64,000 bases of DNA from IMG/VR virus record IMGVR_UViG_3300026078_000018. The stretch is one strand, 5' to 3'. Position numbers and translations under genes: made by a program. The notes beneath the pieces were generated by a model. The model had not been told where the DNA came from and ran no database searches. It saw only the letters and a list, made by a program, of their open reading frames with translations. The DNA comes from a virus. Of the stretch, positions 1 to 10,474 are shown piece after piece; the first letter of the stretch is position 1; each line of letters begins with the position of its first letter.

Positions 1-1
1 G

Positions 2-2614
2 GTGGTCGGCAACGTCTACCGCGCCGACCACCCCAGCGGCTGGTACGCCACCTACCCCCACGGCGCCACATACCTCACCATCGGACACGCCGCCTCCGAC
101 GAACACCACGGCGACGCAGTACATCACGGCGAAATCGACTACACCGGCGACCGCGAACCCCACGACTTCACCGGCTCCAACATCGATCAGGCCCTCCACC
201 ACTGGGTCCTGCTCAACCACGACATGAAATCGATCTTCCATCCCGAAATTCGCCCCTACATGCGCCACCACGGCCTCCCCGAACCCGACGACCAAGCCGC
301 CATGGATGCACATGTCATGCGAGGCATGGGCCTTACCGGCGCGCGCCGTAGGGTGGAGGATGTGAGCGCGGACAACGATCCCTTCATGCACGTCACTGCT
401 GCAGAAGGCGACCCGGAATACACCTGGGGAAAGCACAAGGCCCCTGACAAGAGCGGTGCCCCTTTCCACGACCCGGGACGCAATGGCCACTACCCCGAGA
501 TGCCCAGGGATCTCGAAGGTGACTATTCCGACCTGTCTGAAGCCCTGAATAAGGCCAACGGCAACCCACGGGCCCGGGTGAGGATCTATCGCACAGTCCC
601 CCCGGGTGTGACCCAGATCAACCCAGGAGACTGGGTCACCCCGTCTCTTGCCCTCGCTCAGGGACACACCAACATCCACGCCATGGGCACCGGGCGACCG
701 GGCCACATCCTGCGCGCCACTGTCGATGCCCGCCACCTCCGCACCGACGGCAATGACCTGCGCGAATGGGGGTACCACGGACCTGGAATCGCCAACGCCG
801 CCGTGCACTGGAAGCCTCCACAGCTCCCCTACCACCCTGACTACGCTGGCGGCGCCGTCCAGCTGTCCGTCGAAGACCACGACTTCGTGCATGGCAATGC
901 GCCCCTGGCCGAACGCGCCCACCACTTGATGCAGGCGATCCCGCGCTACAACCCCGACAGGGGTCCGTACGCCACCGGCGCCATGCACAAGAACAAGGGC
1001 AACTACACCGGCAACCGCCAGGATGCCCACTACGACGCCCAGGACAACGCCGACAATCTCCCGGGTGCCGACCGGCCGCCCACCCTGTTCATGCTCCACG
1101 CCCCCGAGCGAAGCCGCGCCATCTCCGGCATCTCCTTCGCCGAACACACCCCACCCGAAACTCCCCTGAACGCCTACACCGAGCACACCTGGGATCCGGC
1201 CGAAGTCGACGAAGACTCCGGCATGCGTCACACCGCCGGACTCAAGAGCCTCGCCGCGGACGACGAAGACGACGATTACAAGATCATGCACGAGGCTCCG
1301 GACGCCAGCGCTGCCCCCTTGCATGATCTGACGCATCCGATCAACCCCGCCATCGACGGCGGGTCCTTCCCGGATGACGTCTACGACCACCCCGAGCTCT
1401 ACACGGGCTATCCCGATGACCACGAGATGCTGCACTCGGTGCGTCGTGCCCGGGGCAACCCCGACGCCAAGATCCGGATTTACCGGGCAGTACCCCAAGG
1501 CGTCCAGCACATCAACACCGGCGACTGGGTCACCCTGTCCAAGGAATATGCCAAGGAACATGCGCAGTCGATGGGCAACGGCGTGGTCCTGCGCACCAGT
1601 TCCCCCGCGCGACACCTTCACACAGAAGGGAACGACCTGCAGGAATGGGCCTACCACGGCCCGCAGCAGATCGGCATGGCCAGCTGGGAGCCGAAGGGTT
1701 ATAAGCATCGCTACCCCTGGCAGACGGACCCCGACTGGGAGAAGAAGTCCAAGCTGGCCTACGGCGAGACCAAGGCCCCGGCCCAGGTCGACACTTTGCG
1801 CGATGACGCCTGCGACGTCTGCGGCAACAAGGAAGGCTGGGACGGCCAGAACTGCCCCGTCTGCCTCTACATGCAGGTGCCGGACATGTTCCGCGACCCC
1901 GACACCGGCGTAGCCCGCACCATGGATCTGCGCGGTGTCGGCGATGCGGCCGCACAGACCGCCATGGACCAGGGCTCCGACGCCATCCCCGGTGGCATCG
2001 ACCAGTCCGGCGAGCAGCCCCCGGGCGCCGACCCAGCCAACGGCCAGCTCCCCGGAGGCGTGGCCGAAGGCCCTGGCGGCGAGATGGAGGATCCACAGGA
2101 CGCCACCGCCGACGGCGAAGTCCGCACCCTCGGTGACGGGGATGGCACCAGCGACCCCGCGGCCGCCGAAGCCGAAGGCCAGACCGACCTGCAGGTGGCC
2201 AACGGCGAAGGCGGAGAGATGTCCCCGGCGCAGATGCCGCCGGGCGCAGACGTCCTGACCTGCCCGGCCTGCGGATTCCAGACCCAGGCCGGGGCCCCGG
2301 TGTCCTCCATCACCGACAACCCCTCCCTCCCGGCCTCGGCCGGTCCGGTCGCCGGGGACGTGTGCCCCAACTGCGGCAAGGCCGTGCTGATGTCGGCCGC
2401 CGAGGAAGCCGGGCTCACCCCGCCGCCGGAGGTCCCCGCCCTGGACCCCGAGGCCGTCGCCGCCCAGGATGTACCGCCTGTCCCTGGTGAGGAACCCGCC
2501 GACGAAGCCCCGCAGGAGGACGTCCCCGAGGAGGAAGACGACGACGCACCGCAGTCACAAAGTGACGACGGCGCCAAGAAGCCGAAATCACCCGCGGTGA
2601 AACGCGTATCGTGA
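2..2614 (+). CDS. 5'-truncated large head-associated polyprotein (probably the C-terminal part of the head maturation protein), with two ART-like repeats and CxxC Zn ribbons
   Basis: Open from the window edge. Two copies of IYR.VP..V..IN.GDWVT...A.HL.T.GNDL.EW.YHGP. C-terminal YGETKAPAQVDTLR..CxxC..CxxC block and an acidic tail. Lies just upstream of the scaffold/decoration/capsid genes. Confidence 0.6.
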   Translation: MVGNVYRADHPSGWYATYPHGATYLTIGHAASDEHHGDAVHHGEIDYTGDREPHDFTGSNIDQALHHWVLLNHDMKSIFHPEIRPYMRHHGLPEPDDQAAMDAHVMRGMGLTGARRRVEDVSADNDPFMHVTAAEGDPEYTWGKHKAPDKSGAPFHDPGRNGHYPEMPRDLEGDYSDLSEALNKANGNPRARVRIYRTVPPGVTQINPGDWVTPSLALAQGHTNIHAMGTGRPGHILRATVDARHLRTDGNDLREWGYHGPGIANAAVHWKPPQLPYHPDYAGGAVQLSVEDHDFVHGNAPLAERAHHLMQAIPRYNPDRGPYATGAMHKNKGNYTGNRQDAHYDAQDNADNLPGADRPPTLFMLHAPERSRAISGISFAEHTPPETPLNAYTEHTWDPAEVDEDSGMRHTAGLKSLAADDEDDDYKIMHEAPDASAAPLHDLTHPINPAIDGGSFPDDVYDHPELYTGYPDDHEMLHSVRRARGNPDAKIRIYRAVPQGVQHINTGDWVTLSKEYAKEHAQSMGNGVVLRTSSPARHLHTEGNDLQEWAYHGPQQIGMASWEPKGYKHRYPWQTDPDWEKKSKLAYGETKAPAQVDTLRDDACDVCGNKEGWDGQNCPVCLYMQVPDMFRDPDTGVARTMDLRGVGDAAAQTAMDQGSDAIPGGIDQSGEQPPGADPANGQLPGGVAEGPGGEMEDPQDATADGEVRTLGDGDGTSDPAAAEAEGQTDLQVANGEGGEMSPAQMPPGADVLTCPACGFQTQAGAPVSSITDNPSLPASAGPVAGDVCPNCGKAVLMSAAEEAGLTPPPEVPALDPEAVAAQDVPPVPGEEPADEAPQEDVPEEEDDDAPQSQSDDGAKKPKSPAVKRVS

Positions 2615-2749
2615 ACCTGACGCAGCCCTGTCTCTTTGGCTGAGACGGGGCTGCTGTCTGTCCGGGGCCCGGCGGCGGCAAGGAGGGAACACACCGCCCG
2701 GCGCCAGACACGCTCGGCGGGGACCGCACAGCCAGAAGGAGTACCCAGT

Positions 2750-3661
2750 ATGGCTCGCCCGCTCATGCAGGTCGTCGCCGAACAGCAGCAGGTCATCAAC
2801 TCCTGCCTCCAGTTCATCAACTCTCAGCAGAAGCAGATCGACTACCTGGGCCGCCTGGCCGGGGTCGAGACGCAGATGGCCTCCCTGCGCATCACCGCCG
2901 ACGTCAACAACCCCGCCGACCCCGTCCCGGACCCGCCGTCCCAGGGTGCGCCGGAGACCACCCAGCAGGCGATGACCCCCGCAGCCAAGGACGACCCGCG
3001 GGTGCCTGGCATGACCCCCGGTGCCAACGCCCACGTTCCGGCCGCGGCCACCGACGTGCCGATGACCCCGGGCGCGTCTCTGCCGACCTCTCCGGTCAAC
3101 CAGCTGCTCGACGTTTCTGCGCCGATCTCCGGCACTGAGGGCACCACCGGCAACACCGAGTTCGGGAACCAGGCCGGGCAGGACGCTGTCACCCGCCTGG
3201 AAACGGACGTGCGCGCCCTGGGCATCGGGGAGGAGGGCGATCAGATGAACCCCACCACCGCCTTCCCCTGGGTGATCAGCCCGGATGCGGGCAACGGCGT
3301 GCCCCCGGCCGACGGGGAGATGGCACAGGGCTCCGGCGCGCGCATGGCCGCCTCGCTGCGGCTGGCCAAGGCCCGGATCGCCGCGCGAGTGGCCACCGGC
3401 GACGAGTTCGCGGTCGCTGCCGCCATCGAAGCCGACCCGGCGATGACCGGCGCGCTGATCGCCCACGAACTGGGCACGCTGTCGCGGGTGGCGAAGGCCT
3501 CGACCGGCGCACCGGCCCGTCCCGGAGGTCTGGTGCCGCGCCGAGCCGCAGCCGCACCGCGGCCGGTCGTGCCGTCGCTGACCCAGGCCGTCTCCCCGAT
3601 GCAGGCCCTGGCCGCACTCGGCCCCAGCTCGGACGAGATCGAACTGTCTGACCTGTTCTGA
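2750..3661 (+). CDS. putative capsid scaffolding protein
   Basis: GAAGGAG RBS before ATG 2750. N-terminal coiled coil, Pro/Ala-rich, acidic C-terminus (ELSDLF). Position just before the head genes. Confidence 0.5.
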   Translation: MARPLMQVVAEQQQVINSCLQFINSQQKQIDYLGRLAGVETQMASLRITADVNNPADPVPDPPSQGAPETTQQAMTPAAKDDPRVPGMTPGANAHVPAAATDVPMTPGASLPTSPVNQLLDVSAPISGTEGTTGNTEFGNQAGQDAVTRLETDVRALGIGEEGDQMNPTTAFPWVISPDAGNGVPPADGEMAQGSGARMAASLRLAKARIAARVATGDEFAVAAAIEADPAMTGALIAHELGTLSRVAKASTGAPARPGGLVPRRAAAAPRPVVPSLTQAVSPMQALAALGPSSDEIELSDLF

Positions 3662-3770
3662 GGACTCCGCGCCCGGGTGCGCCGCGTGGGAAACGCACCC
3701 GGGCGCGGTGGAGGGCGGAGGTCTGCGCTGAGAGGACAGGGGCGTTCCCTGCGCTGGGCCTCCGCCCGTC

Positions 3771-3811
3771 AACCACAACATGTAGTGCGGGCCGCACTAC
3801 ATGTTGTGGTT
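3771..3811. promoter_or_regulatory. perfect 20-bp inverted repeat made of two NrdR-box-like 16-mers
   Basis: AACCACAACATGTAGTGCGG-G-CCGCACTACATGTTGTGGTT. Boxes at 3773-3788 and 3794-3809, offset by 21 bp. Confidence 0.5.
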
Positions 3812-3919
3812 TTCTCGCATCCGGGTCCTGTCTGTTGTGGCAGCAGCGGGAGAAGGTGTGGCGGGTGATGGCCATCTGCCAGCCACGGAAGGGCAGAAAG
3901 GCGGAAAGGCCGGGTTATC

Positions 3920-4453
3920 ATGATCCGAACCACGCTTGCCAAGGCATACATCAAGCGCACGCTGCGCCCCCTCTACGCCTGGACGCAGTCGACCCCGAAG
4001 TCCTGCTTCCTGGACCCGTCCTGGGACCGCTCCGTGCCGATCTGGCCGGGCATGGTCGCCACCAAGACCTCCGGCGAAAACGTCACCCTCATCGGTGGCG
4101 ACGCGGGCACCACCCTGGCCACCTCCCTGCCGTACGGCCTCATCGGCATGTACGTCGGCGGCGACGGCATCGACGAGCCGCTGGACGCCGGGATCAACAC
4201 TTTCGCTGTGTGGGTCCTGACCCCCGACGCAGAGTTCGAGGTGCTGGCCCCGGCGTTCGACACCGGCGCCACCTGGACCGACCCCGGCGACGGCACCGAG
4301 GTGCTGCTCTACCCGATCGTCAGCCTCGGCGGAAACCAGGGCAAATTGGTGCCTGCCGGAACCACCGGCCGCGGCACCCTCGGCACCACCGCCGCGGCCC
4401 GCCTCATCCGCGTCAACTCTGCCACGAAGATCACGATCGGGGGCGTGCGCTGA
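3920..4453 (+). CDS. head decoration / minor capsid protein (Bxz1-like)
   Basis: The KRTLRPLYA.TQ.TP..FLDP..IWPGMV motif is recalled from the gene preceding the capsid gene in cluster-C-like phages. TGATG overlap with the capsid gene. Confidence 0.7.
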   Translation: MIRTTLAKAYIKRTLRPLYAWTQSTPKSCFLDPSWDRSVPIWPGMVATKTSGENVTLIGGDAGTTLATSLPYGLIGMYVGGDGIDEPLDAGINTFAVWVLTPDAEFEVLAPAFDTGATWTDPGDGTEVLLYPIVSLGGNQGKLVPAGTTGRGTLGTTAAARLIRVNSATKITIGGVR

Positions 4454-5439
4454 TGAGCCAGCTCGTTCACGCCGGACCGGCCCTGATGGGCCGCACCGCC
4501 AAGCACTCCGAGGACTACGTCGCCCAGCTGGTCTCCCGCCGCGAAAACCGCGCGCCGATGACCCGCGAGGCCAAGGTCCAGAAGCTGGCCCTGGTCCTGT
4601 CCGACCCGACCGACGGCATTCGGCGCCTCGGCGTCGGCATGATCGGCCCGATCCAGCTGAAGCTGCGGTATCAGGGCATCGTCCGCAACGTGCTGGTGGA
4701 GGACCCGGTCACTCCGGGCACCCCTGTCGAGTATGACGTCTGGGACGACCTCGGCCAGGCCTACCTGCTCGCCGGGCAGGAGGGCGAAGTCCGCATCACG
4801 CCCTTCGAAGGCAAGCGCGTCCCCGTGAGGTTCTTCAGGATCGCGGCATTTCCGGCGATCCGCAAGGAAGACCTCATGTACCTGCGCATCAATGCGGTGG
4901 AGCAGGCGCAGGATGAGTCCAAGCAGGCGATCCTCAAGCAGGAGGACTCCCGCCTGCTGGTGCTGCTGCAGGCCGCGATCACGGACTACGCCTCGCGGCC
5001 GGACCACACGGTCACCCCCAACCACACCATCACCGAGGCCTCCGGGTACTACACCCCGGGCTCGCTGTACACCGCGGTCAGTATGACCGACATGCACGAG
5101 CTGCAGGCCGCCCGCCTGCTGGCCAACCCGATGGACTTCCGGGACCTGTACCGGTGGGACATCAACCAGACCGGCTGGGCCTTCAAGGACAGGGTCGTCG
5201 CAGGTGAGACCATCACCAGCTTCGGCGAGTTCCAGATCCAGCGGTCGATCATCGTGCCGCAGAAGAGCCTGTACCTGTCGCCGGAGCCGAACTTCCTCGG
5301 CGTCTTCCCTGTCCTGTACAGCCTGGACGTGGAGGAGAACCACCGGGTCGACGCCTTCTGGAAGGGCTGGGTTTTTGACGAAATGGTCAACATGTCCGTT
5401 TTGAACCCTCGCGGGCTCGCGGTGATCGTCAAGCCGTGA
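4453..5439 (+). CDS. major capsid protein (Bxz1/cluster-C-like)
   Basis: MIGPIQLKLRYQGIVRNVLVED...YDVWDDLGQAY...EVRITPFEGKR...KEDL..LR...QEDSRL closely resembles the cluster C mycobacteriophage capsid sequence as recalled. 328 aa, followed by a terminator. Confidence 0.9.
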   Translation: MSQLVHAGPALMGRTAKHSEDYVAQLVSRRENRAPMTREAKVQKLALVLSDPTDGIRRLGVGMIGPIQLKLRYQGIVRNVLVEDPVTPGTPVEYDVWDDLGQAYLLAGQEGEVRITPFEGKRVPVRFFRIAAFPAIRKEDLMYLRINAVEQAQDESKQAILKQEDSRLLVLLQAAITDYASRPDHTVTPNHTITEASGYYTPGSLYTAVSMTDMHELQAARLLANPMDFRDLYRWDINQTGWAFKDRVVAGETITSFGEFQIQRSIIVPQKSLYLSPEPNFLGVFPVLYSLDVEENHRVDAFWKGWVFDEMVNMSVLNPRGLAVIVKP

Positions 5440-5461
5440 TCTTGGTCTGAACGCACGTTGC

Positions 5462-5498
5462 ACGAAGCCGCCTCCCGCTTCAGGGGAGGCGGCTTCGT
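5462..5498. terminator. intrinsic terminator hairpin after the capsid gene
   Basis: ACGAAGCCGCCTCCC / GGGAGGCGGCTTCGT, 15-bp stem. Confidence 0.75.
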
Positions 5499-5504
5499 CG
5501 TGTG

Positions 5505-5840
5505 CTGATGTTACAAGGGCAGCCGGACACCCCGGATGCCCGTCCGGGAGCACGGACGTCACATCCAGAGGTATCCGACTGCGGGGACGACTCACGTGCC
5601 ACGCATGCTCGTGAGTGCGTCTTGTCACCCTCCACCCCCGGCCGCGCCGTCAGCCCTCCCCGTGTCCGGGGGATCGTCCGAGAGCCGACGGCACGGCCGG
5701 TCACGGCTACGGAGTCACCCCGACTCCGGTGTCAACGTGCCGTGACACGACCGGCGCCCTGTCGCAAGCGCCGATGTCTTCGACGGTAGCTGCTCGCCGC
5801 CGACCCGACAGCAGCTTCTGGCCTGAATGCCTCAGAAATA
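5505..5840 (-). ncRNA. candidate structured ncRNA (~330 nt)
   Basis: Stems 5640-5654/5684-5698 and ~5525-5538/5562-5576 pair through G-U only on the minus strand. GACA (GNRA) loop on the minus strand. No credible ORF. Confidence 0.5.
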
Positions 5841-5926
5841 AGGTATAAAACTCAAATGTTCGAATGGGTGCGTGCTGTACGCCGCGCTGCACCTGTCATG
5901 GCGGTGGCTGTTCGCCCCTAAGGGGC

Positions 5927-8900
5927 ATGACGACACGCTGGCTGTTTCCGCAGAATCCTGAGCTGGCACGGGCCACCGTTCCCGGCGGCACCATGGTCAA
6001 CCTCAACGAGGACCTGCTGACCATCTATATGGATCCCGGCTGCACCCAGCTGGCCGACATCCAAACCGCCGCCGGTGCCCCGATCACCGGCTCCCAGTTC
6101 ACCGTCGGCACCGACAACCTCATCCCGCCGTTCCTCGGGCCGCCCAGCGGCGAGCGGCTGCTGTACGCGAAATCCTCCACCGACTCCGCCGTCTACCCCC
6201 TGGAGGGCGCTGTCGAGCCGCGGATGGACGCGCTGGCTGCGCAGATGCTCACCATCAGCCAGGGCCCGGCCGGGCCGCCCGGAGCGATGCTGCGACTGGG
6301 CAGCGGGGCCCCGGCAGGCAGTATCGGCAACATCGGCGACACCTACATCGATCAGACCGACGCCGTCCTGTATGGGCCGAAAGGCAGCAGCTGGCCGCCG
6401 TCTGGCACCTCTCTCACCGGTCCTGCCGGTCCGGCCGGTCCTACGGGGGCGGCCGGGGCCGCAGGCGCCGCGGGCAGCCAGTGGTGGACCGGTACCGGTG
6501 TGCCGCCGTCCGATACCGGAGTGTCCGGCGACTACTGGTTCCGGCAGGACACCGGCAGCGTCTACCACAAGAGCGTCGCCGGATGGGGCAGTCCCATCGC
6601 CAACATCACCGGCCCGCAGGGCCCCACCGGCCCGCAGGGCCCGGAAGGACCCACCGGGCCGACCGGCGCCCAAGGCGCCACCGGTGCGACCGGGGCCACA
6701 GGTTCGCAGGGTCCCATCGGTCCGACCGGAGCTACCGGCCCGCAGGGTGCCACCGGGGCGGCAGGACCCACCGGCGCCGCTGGGACTCTGGTGCGCTCCG
6801 GCAGCGGTGCCCCGTCCAACATGCTCGGCAACACCGACGACTGGTACATCGACGCCGACGTCTGGGTGCTCTACGGCCCCAAGGGCGCCAGCACCTGGCC
6901 CACCCCCGGCGTATCCCTGATCGGGTCGACCGGCCCTGCCGGGGCCACCGGGGCGACCGGCGCCACTGGTGCCCAGGGAGCCACCGGCCCTGCCGGGGCC
7001 ACCGGAGCGACCGGACCCACAGGAGCGACCGGCCCGCGCGGCAACGCCGTCCTCACCGGCGTCGGCACCCCGCCACTGGGAACCGGGCAAGACGGCGACC
7101 TGTGGTATGACACCGTCGCATACAAGCTTTACGGGCCGCGGGCCACCGGTACCTGGCCCGGTAGCGGCACCCCGCTGGTCGGCCCCCAGGGCCCGGCAGG
7201 AGCGACCGGTGCCACCGGCACCCAAGGCCCGGCCGGTGCGATCGGTGCCACCGGCCCTACCGGAGCAGACGGCGCCACCGGCCCTGCCGGACCGGCCGGT
7301 GCGCCCGGCACCGCGGTGCGCTCCGGCAGCGGTGTGCCGGGCTCGGGCATCGGCAGCAACGGCGATTTCTACATCGACGACAGCGGCTGGGTCACCTACG
7401 GCCCCAAGGCCTCCGGGACATGGCCGTCCGGCGTATCGATGATCGGCCCGACCGGCGCTACCGGACCCGCGGGCCCCACCGGGGCAACCGGCGCGGCAGG
7501 AGCGACCGGCCCCGCCGGGGCGACAGGCGCTGCAGGACCCACCGGCGCTACCGGCCCGGCAGGGCCTACCGGCGCCACCGGCGCCACGGGACCCACCGGC
7601 GCGACCGGCACCGCGGGGACCAACGGCGCCACCATCTGGAACGGCACCGGTGCCCCGTCCAACACCCTCGGCGCCAACAACGATTTCTACATCGACACCG
7701 CCTCCGAGAAAATCTACGGGCCCAAGGCATCGGGACTGTGGCCCGCGTCAGGCACACCGCTGATGGCGCAGGACGGCTGGATCTCGGTGAAAAACCCCGC
7801 TTTCGGGGCCGTCGGCGACGGCGTCCACGACGACACCGCGGCGATCAACGCCGCCATCGCCGTCGCCTACGCCTACTCCGGCCACACCAACGGCGCCGTG
7901 GTCTATTTCCCGCCCGGCGTCTATGGCGTCACCCCAGGGGTGTCCACCGCGGCGATCACACTGAACAACGGCACCACCGGCCTGGGCGGTATCCGCCTGG
8001 TCGGCGCCAACTGGGAAGCCTCCCAAATCCAGAGGCTGGCCCCCGGCGTCATGATCAGCATGTCGGGTCCGGCTTCCGACCCCAGCGGCGACACACACTG
8101 CAAAAACTGCTCCATCGAAAACCTGCACCTGTCCGGCAACGACATGACCGGCCAGGTCATCCAGGCCTACTACGCCGACAACCTGTATTTCCGCGACGTG
8201 CGGATCGTCGGCTGCCCCGACGTGTGCATCTCAGGCGTGGAATTCTGGGACAGCCGCTTCTACAACATGGTGATCGAACTGTCCGGCAGCGCCACCGCCG
8301 ACGCCGCCACACCCAACGTCCTGCTCCAGTGCTCCGCCACAACCAGCGGATTCGGACATAGCACCGACACCACCAACCAGATCCACTTCGTCGGCTGCCG
8401 GTTCGAATCGTTCCACACCGGCGCCATCTGGGTCCGGCAGGGAACCGGCAGCACCAGCGGCTGCAACAGCATCTACGTCATCAACTGCAAAATGGAGACC
8501 GGGGTACTCAACGGCGGCCCGCACCTGCTGGTCGACGCCGTCACCCGCGGCGCCTACGTCGATGGCCTGTACTGCTTCTCCGGCGGTTTCAACAGCGGCT
8601 ACTCCACCGCCCAGGACGTCATCACCTGGTCGGCGCAGGACTCCACCCTCGCCAACGTCTTCATCGCCTCCGGCTCGGACCTGACCGTCGCCAACGGCGT
8701 CACCGTCGACTCTGTCGACAGCACCCAGAACGCCGTCATCCGCAACGTCACCGGCATCTACGACGGCGCGCCCACCGGCGCCCACATCGCCATCGGATTC
8801 ATCAACGACGGCGGATTCATCTTCGACAACTGCAACTCGAACCAGACCCCCGGCGTCCTCAACGACGGCAAATCCATCTGGGTGGGCGGCTCCTCCACAG

Positions 8901-9322
8901 ACAACGCCCTCGCGCTGTATGCCGCCAATGACACCAACAGACGCTGGAAGGCCAACCACAACGGCGACATGTCCTGGGGCTCGGGCACCGCCACCGCAGA
9001 TACCATTCTGGGCCGCAGCGCCGCGGGAATCCTGGCCGTCACCACCGGCAGCTTCGCCGTCACCACCGCGGGCCAGGGATTCCGGGTCAAAGAAGGCACC
9101 AACGCCAAAATGGGCACCGCAGTGGCCAACGGCACCACCGGCGTCACCGTCTCCACCACCGCGGTCACCGCCAACAGCCGCATCTACCTGACCTGCCAAA
9201 CCCCCGGCGGTACCGTGGGGACGCTGTATGTGGCCAGCCGCAGCGCGGGGGCTTCGTTCGTGGTGAAGAGCACCGCCGCCGACACCTCCACTTTCGCGTG
9301 GCTGATTGTCGAACCGGCCTGA
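5927..9322 (+). CDS. collagen-like fibre / tailspike with a pectate-lyase-like beta-helix
   Basis: Gly-X-Y tracts alternate with six G.G.P...G..GD.Y.D modules. [19 protein letters not shown]...VYFPPGVY is a typical beta-helix start. The C-terminal cap resembles actinophage fibres. Confidence 0.85.
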   Translation: MTTRWLFPQNPELARATVPGGTMVNLNEDLLTIYMDPGCTQLADIQTAAGAPITGSQFTVGTDNLIPPFLGPPSGERLLYAKSSTDSAVYPLEGAVEPRMDALAAQMLTISQGPAGPPGAMLRLGSGAPAGSIGNIGDTYIDQTDAVLYGPKGSSWPPSGTSLTGPAGPAGPTGAAGAAGAAGSQWWTGTGVPPSDTGVSGDYWFRQDTGSVYHKSVAGWGSPIANITGPQGPTGPQGPEGPTGPTGAQGATGATGATGSQGPIGPTGATGPQGATGAAGPTGAAGTLVRSGSGAPSNMLGNTDDWYIDADVWVLYGPKGASTWPTPGVSLIGSTGPAGATGATGATGAQGATGPAGATGATGPTGATGPRGNAVLTGVGTPPLGTGQDGDLWYDTVAYKLYGPRATGTWPGSGTPLVGPQGPAGATGATGTQGPAGAIGATGPTGADGATGPAGPAGAPGTAVRSGSGVPGSGIGSNGDFYIDDSGWVTYGPKASGTWPSGVSMIGPTGATGPAGPTGATGAAGATGPAGATGAAGPTGATGPAGPTGATGATGPTGATGTAGTNGATIWNGTGAPSNTLGANNDFYIDTASEKIYGPKASGLWPASGTPLMAQDGWISVKNPAFGAVGDGVHDDTAAINAAIAVAYAYSGHTNGAVVYFPPGVYGVTPGVSTAAITLNNGTTGLGGIRLVGANWEASQIQRLAPGVMISMSGPASDPSGDTHCKNCSIENLHLSGNDMTGQVIQAYYADNLYFRDVRIVGCPDVCISGVEFWDSRFYNMVIELSGSATADAATPNVLLQCSATTSGFGHSTDTTNQIHFVGCRFESFHTGAIWVRQGTGSTSGCNSIYVINCKMETGVLNGGPHLLVDAVTRGAYVDGLYCFSGGFNSGYSTAQDVITWSAQDSTLANVFIASGSDLTVANGVTVDSVDSTQNAVIRNVTGIYDGAPTGAHIAIGFINDGGFIFDNCNSNQTPGVLNDGKSIWVGGSSTDNALALYAANDTNRRWKANHNGDMSWGSGTATADTILGRSAAGILAVTTGSFAVTTAGQGFRVKEGTNAKMGTAVANGTTGVTVSTTAVTANSRIYLTCQTPGGTVGTLYVASRSAGASFVVKSTAADTSTFAWLIVEPA

Positions 9323-9337
9323 CACGATCTGGTGAAC

Positions 9338-9500
9338 GACGACGACCCCGCAGGAGAAGCCAACTCCCGCGGGGTCGTCGGTCCTCTACGGAGGTTGGCA
9401 CCAGCCGTCCCATACCCATACTGGGGCGGACGGTGCCCGCAGTCATCCTCTCACTTCAGCGGGGATGTCCGTGGCTGGACCTTCGAGCATCTCCAGGGGC
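9338..9500 (-). ncRNA. candidate short structured RNA or terminator cluster
   Basis: A run of hairpins. The terminal stem (about 9340-9380) pairs fully, with G-U, only on the minus strand. Confidence 0.3.
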
Positions 9501-9531
9501 TTGCCGACCTAGTATCAGGTCATGCTATGAT
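9501..9531 (+). promoter_or_regulatory. sigma70-type promoter with an internal inverted repeat
   Basis: TTGCCG ... TGcTATGAT (extended -10). GACCT-N6-AGGTC lies between the elements. Confidence 0.5.
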
Positions 9532-9568
9532 GGATACACAATCCTGCAAGCGAGGCTAGGAGACGGCG

Positions 9569-10474
9569 ATGACCGACCAGATGGCCAGCCTGAACCCGAC
9601 CCACGTGGACACCGTCCGGGCCGAGATGGACAGCAAGCACGGGACGCAGGGTGCCATCGTCGATCGCACCCTGCGCATTATGGACGAGCTGCTCGGCGAT
9701 CGGGACACGGTCATCCGCACCGGCTCGGTCATCTTGTCCGAGGCCCGCAAGCTCCTCTCCTCTGACTCCGGACGCGACGCCAACCGCTTCGCGCGCCTGC
9801 TGGACGAGTACGAGATCGCCCACGACCGCCTCCAGCGCATCCTCGGCGCCATCGAGGCCCTGGACGCCGTCTACGACGCCGCGGGCGCCTGGAGCCGCTT
9901 CTGGCTCGTCCCCGACGGCCATGTCCACCGCAGCGAGAACTGCCAGACCCTGCACCGCGAGGGCAAGCGCACCCGGCTGAACTGGCTGCCGGAGCTGGCC
10001 GGACACGACGAGGCCGAGGCCATCGAGGAGTTCGGCGAGAAGATCTGCACCGTGTGCATCCCGTCCGCCCCGACCAACCCCGCCTTCAACGGCCCCGGCC
10101 GCCGTGACCGCGCCGAGGCCGAGTCCAAGGTGGTCGAGAAGGCCGCCAAGCAGGCCGAGGCCGACGTCAAGGGCATCACCAACCCCGACGGCACCCCGGT
10201 CATCCTCAAGGGCGACGGCTTCACCGACACCCCCAAGACCCTCATTGCCGCCCAGCGCCTGCTCTCCAACCGGCTCGGCAATGTCGACTGGTATCGCACC
10301 GTCAACGCCCTCGAAGGCCGTGACCAGGCGCACCCCAGCGAGCCCGGCTGGCTGGCCGACGCCGAGATCCTGATCACCGCCATCGCCCACAAGACCGACC
10401 GCGACGCCGACGAGATCCGCAAGGAGTACCAGGACAAGGCCGCCAAGAAGACCGCCCGCGACCTGAAGCGGTAG
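9569..10474 (+). CDS. hypothetical protein with an H..C..CxxC Zn motif
   Basis: AGGAG RBS. GHVHRSENC...ICTVC. Confidence 0.7.
   Translation: MTDQMASLNPTHVDTVRAEMDSKHGTQGAIVDRTLRIMDELLGDRDTVIRTGSVILSEARKLLSSDSGRDANRFARLLDEYEIAHDRLQRILGAIEALDAVYDAAGAWSRFWLVPDGHVHRSENCQTLHREGKRTRLNWLPELAGHDEAEAIEEFGEKICTVCIPSAPTNPAFNGPGRRDRAEAESKVVEKAAKQAEADVKGITNPDGTPVILKGDGFTDTPKTLIAAQRLLSNRLGNVDWYRTVNALEGRDQAHPSEPGWLADAEILITAIAHKTDRDADEIRKEYQDKAAKKTARDLKR

Noticed and set aside
4309-5628. Long antisense and alternative-frame ORFs (for example 4309-5628, 5918-7225, 19929-21359, 28449-29879)
   Set aside because: Shadow ORFs typical of high-GC coding DNA. They overlap well-supported genes and lack RBSs or motifs.
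5652-5680. AGCCCTCCCCGTGTCCGGGGGATCGTCCG resembles a solitary type I-E repeat
   Set aside because: It lies inside a longer stem whose G-U pairs and GNRA loop favour the opposite strand, and there is no partner repeat ~61 bp away. Kept only as a weak alternative.
5850-5865. LexA/SOS box
   Set aside because: Only one half-site (GTTCGA) matches TCGAAC-N4-GTTCGA.
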